A DNA stretch of 64,000 bases, from NCBI GenBank assembly GCA_964406375.1, contig CAYORM010000006.1, forward strand, positions 14,167 through 78,166, read 5' to 3'. Positions within the stretch are counted from its first letter, which is position 1; every line of letters starts with the position of its first letter. The notes under the pieces are model-generated. The model was given only the letters and a program-made list of their open reading frames with translations. It was not told where the DNA came from and did not search any database. This document shows positions 52,784-61,309 of this stretch, in pieces. The stretch comes from an uncultured Mycobacteriaceae bacterium (GTDB taxonomy: Bacteria > Pseudomonadota > Alphaproteobacteria > DSM-16000 > Inquilinaceae). The position numbers and the translations under genes were made by a program.

Positions 52784-53560
52784 ATGGGTGCCCCAGCGCA
52801 GCCGGCGGTGACGGCGGCGATAACGACCTTCGCACCGGACCTGTTCCAGGGCCGCCATGCGGTGGTGACGGGCGGGACGAGCGGCATCGGGCGCGGCATC
52901 GCCCTGGCCTTCGCGGCGCTGGGCGCCGATGTCACGGCCTGCGCCGCCGATCCGGCCGAGATCGCCGCGGCCGCCGCCGATCCGGCGATGGGCAGCATCC
53001 GCTGTGCGGTGCTGGACGTGACCGACGAGGCAGCGGTCAGCGGCTGGTTCGGCGCGATGGACGGCCTCGACATGCTGGTCTGTGCCGCCGGGATCATCCG
53101 CCGTGGGGACGAGCATGATCCGGCCGTCTTCGCCCGGGTGCTCGACGTCAACCTGACGGGCACGATGCGCTGCGCCGCCGCCGCCCGGCCCGCCCTCGCC
53201 GCGCGCCGCGGGGCGGTGCTGGCACTCGCCTCCGTCCTCACCTTCCGCGGTGGCGGCCTCGTGCCTGGCTATGCCGCGAGCAAGGGCGGCATCGGCCAGC
53301 TCGTCAAATCGCTGGCGATCGCCTGGGCGCCCGAGGGCATCCGCGTCAACGCGATCGCACCGGGCTGGATCGCCACCCCGCTGACCGCCGCGCTGCGCGC
53401 GGATCCGGCGCGCGAGCGTCCGATCCTCGACCGGACGCCGCTCGGACGCTGGGGCACGCCGGGCGATCTGGCCGGGGCGGCGGTGTTCCTGTGCTCGCCG
53501 GCCGCGGCCTTCATTACCGGCACGATGCTGGCGGTCGACGGCGGTTATCTGGCGACCTGA
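52784..53560 (+). CDS. SDR family oxidoreductase
   Basis: AVVTGGTSGIGRGIA, YAASKGG (YxxxK). Internal ATG of track ORF 52709..53560. Confidence 0.85.
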   Translation: MGAPAQPAVTAAITTFAPDLFQGRHAVVTGGTSGIGRGIALAFAALGADVTACAADPAEIAAAAADPAMGSIRCAVLDVTDEAAVSGWFGAMDGLDMLVCAAGIIRRGDEHDPAVFARVLDVNLTGTMRCAAAARPALAARRGAVLALASVLTFRGGGLVPGYAASKGGIGQLVKSLAIAWAPEGIRVNAIAPGWIATPLTAALRADPARERPILDRTPLGRWGTPGDLAGAAVFLCSPAAAFITGTMLAVDGGYLAT

Positions 53561-53576
53561 CGGGCGTCCGACCGCC

Positions 53577-54569
53577 TCATCCCCACAAGGCCCGTTCGGG
53601 CGGCATCATCCGGGACCCCTCGAAGACGATTGGCGGCGTCTCGTCTGTCGCCAGCCACAGCGGACCGTCGAGATCGACGATCTCGGCACCTTGCGCGACC
53701 AGCACCGCCGGTGCCATCGCCAGCGATGAGGCCATCATGCAGCCGACCATGACACCGAGCCCGCGGCGGCGCGCCTCGGCGCGCAGCGCCAGCGCCTCGG
53801 TCAGCCCGCCCGTCTTGTCCAGCTTGATGTTGATGTAGCGGTACCGGCCGGCGCAGCGGTCGAGGGAGTGGCGGTCGTGGCAGCTCTCATCCGCGCAGAG
53901 CGGCACCGGCCAGTCGCGTCCCTCGAGCACGGCATCGGCATCGGCGGGCAGCGGCTGCTCGACCATGGCGACGCCGAGCGCGGCGAAGGCCGGCAGGAAA
54001 CGATCGAGCTGGGCGGCGACCCAGCCCTCATTGGCATCGACGATCAGCCGGGCCGCCGGCGCCCCCTCGCGCACCGCCTGGACACGCTCGATATCGCCTT
54101 CGCCGGTCAGCTTCAGCTTCAGGAGCGGCCGGCTGGCATGGCTGCGCGCCGCCTCGGCCATACGCTCGGGTGTGTCGAGGCTGAGCGTGTAGGCGGTGAC
54201 GAGCGGCGCCGGTGGCGCCATGCCGGCGAGCTGCCACACCGGCCGTCCGGTCAGTTTGGCCTCGAGATCCCACAGCGCGCAGTCGATCGCATTGCGCGCC
54301 GCGCCGGCCGGCAGCCGCTCCGCCAGCTCATCCCGGCCGATGCCAGCGGCGATCGCCGGCGCCTGCGCCACGATGGCAGCCGAGACGCCGTCGATCGTCT
54401 CGCCATAGCGGGCATAGGGCGTGCATTCCCCGCGGCCGACGACGCCATCGACGGCGATCTCCGCCACCAGTGTCTCCACGGAGGTCCGGCTGCCGCGGGC
54501 GATGGTGAAGACGCCCCGCGTCGGCCGGACGACCCGGCGGACCTTAAGGCGTCGCGTTCCGGCGGTCAT
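53577..54569 (-). CDS. enolase-superfamily dipeptide/N-acyl-amino-acid epimerase (DgcA-like)
   Basis: Starts at MTAGTRRLKV.. (ATGA overlap with the upstream stop). ..GRGECTPYARYGE.., ..RLIVDANEGW.., ..MVEQPLP.., ..LCADES.., ..INIKLDKTGGLTEA.. match L-Ala-D/L-Glu epimerase-type motifs. Confidence 0.8.
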   Translation of the reverse strand: MTAGTRRLKVRRVVRPTRGVFTIARGSRTSVETLVAEIAVDGVVGRGECTPYARYGETIDGVSAAIVAQAPAIAAGIGRDELAERLPAGAARNAIDCALWDLEAKLTGRPVWQLAGMAPPAPLVTAYTLSLDTPERMAEAARSHASRPLLKLKLTGEGDIERVQAVREGAPAARLIVDANEGWVAAQLDRFLPAFAALGVAMVEQPLPADADAVLEGRDWPVPLCADESCHDRHSLDRCAGRYRYINIKLDKTGGLTEALALRAEARRRGLGVMVGCMMASSLAMAPAVLVAQGAEIVDLDGPLWLATDETPPIVFEGSRMMPPERALWG

Positions 54570-55567
54570 CCGTCGAGGCGGTCGACGATCGGACCGACGC
54601 CGGTCCGGACCGGATCGACGGCCGGCAGCCCGAACCGGTCCGCCGTCTCCTTCAGCACCCGGTCGGCCGCCGCCGCATCGAGGCCGGAGGTGTTGAAGGC
54701 GAAGCCCACCACCTTGGCCTTCGGGTTGGTCAGCCGGGCGCAGCGCTCGTTGAGGGCGACGCATTCGGCGAGATCCGGCAGCGAAAAGCCGGGCAGGCCG
54801 CGCATATGCGGCCGCCCCGGCTCGTGGCACATCACCAGTGCCTCGGCCTGCGCCCCGTGCAGCAGGCCGAGCGACACGCCGGCATAGGAGGCGTGGAAGA
54901 GCGAGCCCTGCCCCTCGACAAGATCCCAATGATCCTCGTCATTGGCAGGCGTCAGCCATTCGGTCGCGCCGGCGATGAAATCAGCGATCACGGCATCGAT
55001 CGAGACACCGCCGCCGGCGATCAGGATCCCGGTCTGCCCGGTCGCCCGGAAATCGGCCTTGCGGCCACGGCGCCGCAGCTCCGCCTCGAGCGCCAGCGCG
55101 GTGAACATCTTGCCGACCGAGCAATCGGTGCCGACGGTGAGCAGCCGGCGTCCGGAACGCGGCTTGCCGGTGGCGACGTCGAAATCGCGGTCGGGGTGGC
55201 GCACATCGAACAGCGACCGGCCCGTCTCACGCGCCTTTGCCGCGACGGCGGGGATGTCGACGACCTTGTTGTGCAGCCCCGAGGCGATGTCCATGCCGAG
55301 ATCGAGCGCCCGCAGCATCGTCGCCTGCCAGCTCTCGGCGAATCGGCCGCCGCGATTGGCGACGCCGATCACCAGCGTCTTGGCGCCCTTGGCAGCCGCT
55401 TCCTCCAGCGTCAGATCCGGCAGATCGCAGCTCGCCCGGCAACCCTCCAGCCGAAGCTGGCCGACGCACCATTCCCGTCGCCACTGGGCGACGCCATAGG
55501 CGGTCTTCGCCGCGAGCTCATCGGGCGCGTCGCCGAGGAACAGCAGGTAGGGATGACGGATGTCCAC
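54566..55567 (-). CDS. DUF1611 family protein (DgcN-like N-acetyltransferase candidate)
   Basis: GTG at 55567 with AGGAGA 7 nt upstream. ..YLLFLGDA.D...AKTA.G...W.., ..LLTVGTDCSVGKM.TAL.LE.. and ..IIAGGG..IDAV..DF.AGA.E.. are typical DUF1611 blocks. Confidence 0.7.
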   Translation of the reverse strand: MDIRHPYLLFLGDAPDELAAKTAYGVAQWRREWCVGQLRLEGCRASCDLPDLTLEEAAAKGAKTLVIGVANRGGRFAESWQATMLRALDLGMDIASGLHNKVVDIPAVAAKARETGRSLFDVRHPDRDFDVATGKPRSGRRLLTVGTDCSVGKMFTALALEAELRRRGRKADFRATGQTGILIAGGGVSIDAVIADFIAGATEWLTPANDEDHWDLVEGQGSLFHASYAGVSLGLLHGAQAEALVMCHEPGRPHMRGLPGFSLPDLAECVALNERCARLTNPKAKVVGFAFNTSGLDAAAADRVLKETADRFGLPAVDPVRTGVGPIVDRLDG

Positions 55568-55671
55568 TTCGGTGTCTCCTGCGGAAGATCGGCCCGACTC
55601 TAGGCAACCACCGGGCCGAGTGCCAGAGCCCGGCCGATGCCCGCGGGGACAGCGAGGCCGGCCGGAAACGC

Positions 55672-55698
55672 GAAGGCCCGGCGCGCAGCCGGGCCTTC
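55672..55698 (-). terminator. candidate intrinsic terminator after the F0 atp operon
   Basis: GAAGGCCCGGC-GCGCA-GCCGGGCCTTC gives an 11-bp perfect stem. It lies 61 nt downstream of the atpF stop. On the minus-strand RNA it is followed by GCGUUUCC, a weak U-tract. Confidence 0.5.
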
Positions 55699-55758
55699 CA
55701 TTCTCGCTCGATCCCGCCGTTCCCGCGGGACCGAAAGACACGCCGACCCGGTGTCGGG

Positions 55759-56481
55759 TCAGTTGATGGTCGGTCCGCCCTCGGGTGACAGCGCCTGAGG
55801 CAGCGCTGCGATCGCCGCGTCGACCATCGCCGCACGCCGGGCCGGATCGGCCTCGAGCCGCTCGGCGATGATGCTGCGGGCGGCCGCCACCGCGGCATCC
55901 GCCGCCAGGGCGCGGATCTCGCCGATCGCCTGGGCCTCGGCCTGGGCGATGCGGCCCATGGCCATGGCCTCGCGCCGGGCGGTCGCCGCCTCGAGATCGG
56001 CGGCTGCCTTCTGGCGCATCCGCTCCGCCTCCTCGCGCGCGGCGGTGACGATCGCCTCGGCGCGGCTGCTCGCCTCCTGCTGGCGGGCACGCGCCTCGGC
56101 CAATGCGGCTTCGGCTTCCTCGCGCAGCGCCCGGGCCTCGGCCAGATCGGCGCGGATCCGCTCGATGCGCTTGTCGAGCATGCCGATGATGGCGGCCCGG
56201 CCCTTCCAGGCGATGACGAGGATGACGATGATCAGCGCGGCGGCGAGCACCAGCTCGACCGCCCCGTGATCGTCGGCATGGGCGACATCGTGTTCGATCT
56301 CACCGGCCGCCGGTTCGACCATCGCCTCGATGTCGGCCTCGGGCGCGATCGGACCGCCTTCGACGCCCTGTTCGACCTCACCTTCCACGGCGTCCTGGGC
56401 CACGGCGTCCTGGGCATAGGCCGGCGCGCCGACCAGCACCTCAAGGAAGGTCGCGATCGCGGTCGTGCTCGTCTCGGTCAT
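55759..56481 (-). CDS. atpF: F0F1 ATP synthase subunit b
   Basis: ATG at 56481 (ATGA overlap with the b' stop). An acidic N-terminal extension is followed by a TM helix (LVLAAALIIVILVIAW) and a long Ala/Arg/Glu coiled coil (..RIERIRADLAEARALREEAE..). Confidence 0.85.
   Translation of the reverse strand: MTETSTTAIATFLEVLVGAPAYAQDAVAQDAVEGEVEQGVEGGPIAPEADIEAMVEPAAGEIEHDVAHADDHGAVELVLAAALIIVILVIAWKGRAAIIGMLDKRIERIRADLAEARALREEAEAALAEARARQQEASSRAEAIVTAAREEAERMRQKAAADLEAATARREAMAMGRIAQAEAQAIGEIRALAADAAVAAARSIIAERLEADPARRAAMVDAAIAALPQALSPEGGPTIN
56386..56415. repeat. perfect 15-bp tandem duplication inside atpF
   Basis: CACGGCGTCCTGGGC occurs twice back to back. It encodes AQDAV-AQDAV in the N-terminal extension of subunit b. 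Confidence 0.9.
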
Positions 56482-56984
56482 CGCGCATCTCCGGCGGAGC
56501 TGCCGGCCGTGGCGCGGTCGACCGCCGCCGCCACCGCCCCCTGATCGGGCGCCTCTCCGGTCAGCTTGGCGACCAGCGCCCCGGCCGTCTCGGCGGCGAT
56601 CGTCCGCACGTCCTGGCGCAGCCCCGCGCGCAGCGCGGCGATGCGCGCCTCGGCTTCGGCGGTGCGCCGGGCGAGCTGATCGGCGACCTCGGCCTGACGG
56701 CGCGCACTCTCGGCGGCGATCGCCTGATTGGCCGCGGCCACCACGGCCGCCGCTTCGGCCCGCGCCTTGGCAAGGGCGTCCTCGAAGCTCCGTGTGGTCG
56801 TCTCGGCCTCGGCCCGGGCCCGTTCGGCGGCCTTCAGGTCGCCCTCGATCTGCGCCGTGCGGCGGTCGATCGTCGCCGACATCCGCGGCAGGATGGCCCG
56901 GGTCAGGATCCAGTAGAGGGCGCCGAATGTGATCGCGAGCCAGAAGATCTGGGTCGCGAACCACGTCGGATCGAACTGCGGCAT
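56478..56984 (-). CDS. F0F1 ATP synthase subunit b'
   Basis: MPQFDPTWFATQIFWLAITFGALYWIL..LPR.. is the typical alphaproteobacterial b' N-terminus. A coiled coil follows. Confidence 0.88.
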   Translation of the reverse strand: MPQFDPTWFATQIFWLAITFGALYWILTRAILPRMSATIDRRTAQIEGDLKAAERARAEAETTTRSFEDALAKARAEAAAVVAAANQAIAAESARRQAEVADQLARRTAEAEARIAALRAGLRQDVRTIAAETAGALVAKLTGEAPDQGAVAAAVDRATAGSSAGDAR

Positions 56985-57111
56985 CGCGGTCTCCGGTGAG
57001 CGGTCGTCCGGGCGCGGGGCCGGACGTGCGGACGGTCAGACGGCGGCGGGCCGGCGGGCCGCAGCAGAACCGCCGCGTGCCCGACCGACGCGCCGCCGTC
57101 GGTCCTCCGCG

Positions 57112-57336
57112 TCAGCCGAACAGGGCGATCAGCGCGACGATCAGCGCGAACAGCGCGATGGCTTCGGTGACGGCGAAGCCGATCCAGATGCTGGCGCCGA
57201 TCTCGTCCTTGGCCGCCGGGTTGCGGGCGAGCGCACCGATGTAGCTGGCCCAGACATTGCCCACGCCGATGCCGGCGCCGATCATGCCGATCGCGGCGAG
57301 GCCGGCACCGACGAACTTGGCAGCTTCGAGTTCCAT
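57112..57336 (-). CDS. atpE: F0F1 ATP synthase subunit c
   Basis: 74 aa. ..GAGIGVGNV..ARNP......FAVTEAIALFALIVALI.. includes the proton-carrying Glu. Confidence 0.95.
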   Translation of the reverse strand: MELEAAKFVGAGLAAIGMIGAGIGVGNVWASYIGALARNPAAKDEIGASIWIGFAVTEAIALFALIVALIALFG

Positions 57337-57409
57337 GAGAGTCGTCCCTTGTCTGACGGTCGTTGTGTTGCGGGTTGAAGCCGTGGTGACTGGTGCAGGC
57401 CTGCGCCGC

Positions 57410-58132
57410 TCAGTGCAGATGCAGCGCGTCGTGCAGATAGACGCAGGTCAGGATCGTGAAGATGTAGGCCTGCAGGACCGCGATGAAGATCTCGAGCAGC
57501 GTCAGCGGCACCAGGAACAGGAAGGGCACGATGCCCGCGGCGCCGAGCGCGATGACGAAACCGCCGATCACCTTCAGCAGCACGTGGCCGACCGTCATGT
57601 TGGCGAAGAGACGGACGGAGAGGCTGATCGGCCGCGACAGGTAGGAGATGAGCTCGACCGGCACCAGGATGACCGCCGTCCACAGCGGCGCCCCATGCGG
57701 GAAGAACATCCGCAGATAGTGCAGCCCGTGCCGCGCGAAGCCCAGGATCGTCACGCAGACGAAGATGAACAGCGCGAGGCCGAAGGTGACGACGATGTGG
57801 CTGGTGAAGGTGAACGATCCCGGGATCATCCCGATCACGTTCCCGATCAGCAGGAACATGAACAGCGCGAAGATGCCGGGGAAGTACTTCATTCCCTCGC
57901 GCCCGGCATTGTCGCGGATCATCCCGGCGACGATGTCGTAGAGCATCTCGGCGAAGGACTGCATGCGGCCCGGCACCATCGCCGCACGGCGGCTGCCGAG
58001 CCACAGCAGACCCGTCCCCACCGCCACCGCCGCGACCATGTAGAGCGACGAATTGGTGAAGGACAGATCGAGGCCGCCGACATTGATCGGCAGGATCGGC
58101 TTGATCTCGAACTGTTCGATCGGCGACGCCAC
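57410..58132 (-). CDS. atpB: F0F1 ATP synthase subunit a
   Basis: 240 aa. ..ISLSVRLFANMTVGH.. carries the essential Arg motif. Confidence 0.93.
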   Translation of the reverse strand: MASPIEQFEIKPILPINVGGLDLSFTNSSLYMVAAVAVGTGLLWLGSRRAAMVPGRMQSFAEMLYDIVAGMIRDNAGREGMKYFPGIFALFMFLLIGNVIGMIPGSFTFTSHIVVTFGLALFIFVCVTILGFARHGLHYLRMFFPHGAPLWTAVILVPVELISYLSRPISLSVRLFANMTVGHVLLKVIGGFVIALGAAGIVPFLFLVPLTLLEIFIAVLQAYIFTILTCVYLHDALHLH

Positions 58133-58135
58133 GAC

Positions 58136-58531
58136 CTACTCCCGATCCGTTGACCTTCCGACACCGGCATCCGGCCGTGCGGTCTCCCGCTTCTCGGCCT
58201 CACGCCTCGCCTTCGCCGCCCGGTCCAACTCCTGCGCCGTCCGGTAGACGTTCAGTACGCCGGCGGCCGCACCCAGCAGGATGAAGACCACCAGCAGCCA
58301 GGGGCGCGTCCCGAGCCAGCCATCGAGCAGCCAGCCCATCACCGCGCCGACGACGAGCGCCGCCACCAGCTCGACCGCGATACGCAGGCCGGCCGCCATA
58401 CCGGCCCGGTCCTGCGCCCGCGAGGCCTCTCTTCCCCTCCGCTCCGCCCCCGGCAGGCGCCCGCGGATCTCCGCGAGACGCCGGTCGAAATCCGGCGACG
58501 GCTGCGGGCGGTTTCGATCCTCTTCGGTCAC
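58136..58531 (-). CDS. atpI: ATP synthase protein I (AtpI-like)
   Basis: Two hydrophobic helices (..IAVELVAALVVGAVMGWLLD..PWLLVVFILLGAAAGVLNVY) immediately upstream of atpB. The start is uncertain: GTG at 58531, or the track start at 58624. Confidence 0.65.
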   Translation of the reverse strand: MTEEDRNRPQPSPDFDRRLAEIRGRLPGAERRGREASRAQDRAGMAAGLRIAVELVAALVVGAVMGWLLDGWLGTRPWLLVVFILLGAAAGVLNVYRTAQELDRAAKARREAEKRETARPDAGVGRSTDRE

Positions 58532-58777
58532 GACGAACCCCGTTCGGGCGACGGCTGCCCACCCCGAGCGGCGCGCACCATAGTGATGCGTCCCCGACCC
58601 GTCAACAATCCGCGCCGTCGGCACGAACGGCCCCTATGGTCGCACCCCGCCACGACGGCGGGCAACGGCGGGCGCGGGCCCGCCGACCGGCGCGGGGGTG
58701 GCCGAGCGGGCGCCGCGCCGCTAGCTTCGGCGGCGCTCGTCGCCTCTTCCTGATCGTTGGACGGATCCTGCTGCCCC

Positions 58778-59572
58778 ATGCGTATCGCCACCTGGAACAT
58801 CAACTCCGTCCGGCTGAGGCAGGCGCTGGTGCTGCGGCTGATCGACGAGGCGGCGCCCGACATCCTCTGCCTGCAGGAGACGAAGTCGCCCGACGCGCTC
58901 TTTCCGCGCGATGCCTTCGTCGAGGCCGGCTATCGGCACATCGCGATGCACGGGATGAAGGGGTACAACGGCGTTGCCATCCTCTCCCGCCATCCCTTCA
59001 CCGACGTCACCACCTTCGACCGCTGCGGCCGGCAGGATTGCCGCCACATGGCGGTGCGCCTGGCCGACGGGACCGAGGTGCACAACATCTACGTGCCCGC
59101 CGGCGGCGACCTGCCCGATCCGGCGCTCAACACCAAATTCGCCCATAAGCTCGACTTCCTCGACGAGCTCGCCGCCTGGTGGAGTGCCGAGCGCCGGGCC
59201 GACCAGCGCATCATCGCCGTCGGCGACTTCAACATCGCGCCGCTCGAGCACGACGTCTGGTCGCACCGCCAGCTCATCGATGTGGTCAGCCACACGCCGG
59301 TGGAGGTCGAGAAGCTCGGCCGGGTCCGCGACTCGCTCGGCTGGATCGATGTCGCCCGCCATTTCGTTCCGCCGACGGAGAAGCTCTACACGTGGTGGAG
59401 CTACCGCGCGGCGGATTGGGCCGCCTCCGATCGCGGCCGGCGTCTCGACCATGTCTGGGTCACCGGCCCGCTCGCGCCGGCGCTGCGGCGACATGAGACG
59501 CTCCGTGCAGCCCGCGGCTGGGAGCCCAAGCCCAGCGACCACGTTCCCGTGCTGGTGGATCTCGAATGGTGA
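58778..59572 (+). CDS. xthA: exodeoxyribonuclease III
   Basis: MRIATWNINSVR.....DILCLQETK.., ..GYNGVAILSR.., ..GDFNIAP.., ..SDHVPVLVDL. Confidence 0.92.
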   Translation: MRIATWNINSVRLRQALVLRLIDEAAPDILCLQETKSPDALFPRDAFVEAGYRHIAMHGMKGYNGVAILSRHPFTDVTTFDRCGRQDCRHMAVRLADGTEVHNIYVPAGGDLPDPALNTKFAHKLDFLDELAAWWSAERRADQRIIAVGDFNIAPLEHDVWSHRQLIDVVSHTPVEVEKLGRVRDSLGWIDVARHFVPPTEKLYTWWSYRAADWAASDRGRRLDHVWVTGPLAPALRRHETLRAARGWEPKPSDHVPVLVDLEW

Positions 59573-60183
59573 TGGCCCCTCATCCCGCGGACGGTCCCGC
59601 TGTCGGCCGGGCGACCCTGCGCTATGCGACGGCGACGCTGGTCGGCGACTACATCCGCGGCTGCATCGGCCTTCTGCTGACGCTGGTGCCGCTCGTCATC
59701 CTGCCGATGCATGTCGCGGTGGCCGTCGCCTTCGCCGCGGCCGCCCTGCTCTTCTTCGTGTTCCTGCTGCGCACCGTCGAACGGCATCGCACCGTCTTCC
59801 ATCTCGACGCAGACGGGTTGTCGGCGGCGGGGCCGCTCGGCACCCGGCGGATCGACTGGGCGACGCTGTCCGTGTTGCGGCTGCGCTACTTCGCCACCCG
59901 CCGTGACCGCAAGAATGGCTGGATGCAGCTCAACCTCGCCTCGGCAGCCGGCCGGCTCGCGATCGAATCGACTTTGGACGGTTTCGAGACGGTGGCGGCG
60001 GCGGCCGAGAAGGCCGCCCGACGGCGCGGCCTTACGCTCGACGACGCGACCGAGACCAATCTGCTGTCGGTCGGCACCGCCCGCCCCGCGACGGGCCTCG
60101 CCGAGCGCTGGGGCGTCGCCCCGCCCCGCGACGACTCGACCGCTCCAGACGATACGGACCGCCCGGGCCCGGGCGGTCACTGA
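59566..60183 (+). CDS. membrane protein with a probable bacterial PH-like (bPH) domain, function unknown
   Basis: Two N-terminal TM helices, then ..RRIDWATLSVLRLRYF....WMQLNL.. The start is ambiguous (ATG-GTG-ATG at 59566-59574). Confidence 0.55.
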   Translation: MVMAPHPADGPAVGRATLRYATATLVGDYIRGCIGLLLTLVPLVILPMHVAVAVAFAAAALLFFVFLLRTVERHRTVFHLDADGLSAAGPLGTRRIDWATLSVLRLRYFATRRDRKNGWMQLNLASAAGRLAIESTLDGFETVAAAAEKAARRRGLTLDDATETNLLSVGTARPATGLAERWGVAPPRDDSTAPDDTDRPGPGGH

Positions 60184-60192
60184 CCCCGCGGC

Positions 60193-61140
60193 TCACAGCG
60201 CGGCGAGGGGCGGCCCGACCTTCTCGATCCACAGGCTCGATTCGATCGCCTCGTCGGGCAGCGGCAGCTCGGCCGCGACGCTGTGCGCCAGCCGGTCTGC
60301 CATCCGGGTGGCGACCCACCGGCTGGAGAAGACCGGCCGGAAGGCCCCGCCAGCCAGCATCGCGGCGATCACCTGCTGCTCGTTGAACCCGTCCTCGTCC
60401 CACTCGGAGGGATAGGGATCGGGCAGGATGATGCCGTTCAGATGCACCAGCACGCCTGGCGGCAGGCAGGGCAGGATGCGGTTCACGAGGAAATCCACAT
60501 CGGTGCCGGGCATCACGACGTGGCTCGTCTCGATGAACAGGATGTCCCCCTCGCCGAGGGGGCGGTACGGCTCGACCCCCGCCGCCTGGACCGGCCGGTC
60601 GATCACCGTGATGCCCATCTCGGCGAGATCGAGCTCCGGCTCGGGGTCGATCGCCGTGTAGTCGATCGGCAGATAGCCGTCGATCGCCGCCCGCACCATG
60701 AACGAGGTCGGAAAGCCCGAGCCGATCTCGACCACCCGCTGCGGCGCCCGGGCCCGGACGAGCGAATAGGCCGCGGCCGCGTCCAGCCGGGCGAACCAGT
60801 CCTGCTGCCAGCGCGGATGGGGCGGCGGGCTCTCCTCCGCGGTCACGCCGATCGCCTTGAGGGGCTCGGCATGGCTGTCGATGACGTCGAGCACCGCCTC
60901 GAAGGTCGGGCGCGCCGCGCCGAACAGCGCCTCCATCGGGGCATAGGGCGGGTGCGTCTCCGGCACCTCGCCGATGATCTCATAAGGAATGAAGAAGCCG
61001 TCGCGCCGGCGGGCCGAGCGGTGGCGCGGCGGCGGCAGGGCGCCCGCGATCTTCGGCTTGTCGGTCGGCGACAGGACGCGGCCGAGCCCGCGGCTCCATC
61101 GTTCGATCCATCCGCGGGCGGTAGAGAGGGCGTCTGTCAC
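60193..61140 (-). CDS. class I SAM-dependent methyltransferase (putative)
   Basis: Motif I-like VVEIGSGFPTS, with an acidic residue after beta-2 (..AIDPEPE..). No closer family recognised. Confidence 0.55.
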   Translation of the reverse strand: MTDALSTARGWIERWSRGLGRVLSPTDKPKIAGALPPPRHRSARRRDGFFIPYEIIGEVPETHPPYAPMEALFGAARPTFEAVLDVIDSHAEPLKAIGVTAEESPPPHPRWQQDWFARLDAAAAYSLVRARAPQRVVEIGSGFPTSFMVRAAIDGYLPIDYTAIDPEPELDLAEMGITVIDRPVQAAGVEPYRPLGEGDILFIETSHVVMPGTDVDFLVNRILPCLPPGVLVHLNGIILPDPYPSEWDEDGFNEQQVIAAMLAGGAFRPVFSSRWVATRMADRLAHSVAAELPLPDEAIESSLWIEKVGPPLAAL

Positions 61141-61309
61141 GGCTCGTCTCGTCGGCGGGGCTGGTCCGTGGGAGGGCGGAAGGGCGGCGCGGCCGGGGCC
61201 CGACCGTCGGGGCGCCGCAGGACATAGCCATTATAATGTGGAACGGCAAATGGCGTCGCCATGCGTGCCGGCGCATCCCGGGCCGGCACGGTCACCCTGG
61301 CGGTCACCG

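Noticed and set aside
52012-53241. Minus-strand ORF 52012..53241 (409 aa)
   Set aside because: It is antisense to three plus-strand genes with clear motifs (the zinc-finger protein, the DAD-family cupin and the SDR). Its sequence is Ala/Arg/Ser-rich with no domain signature.
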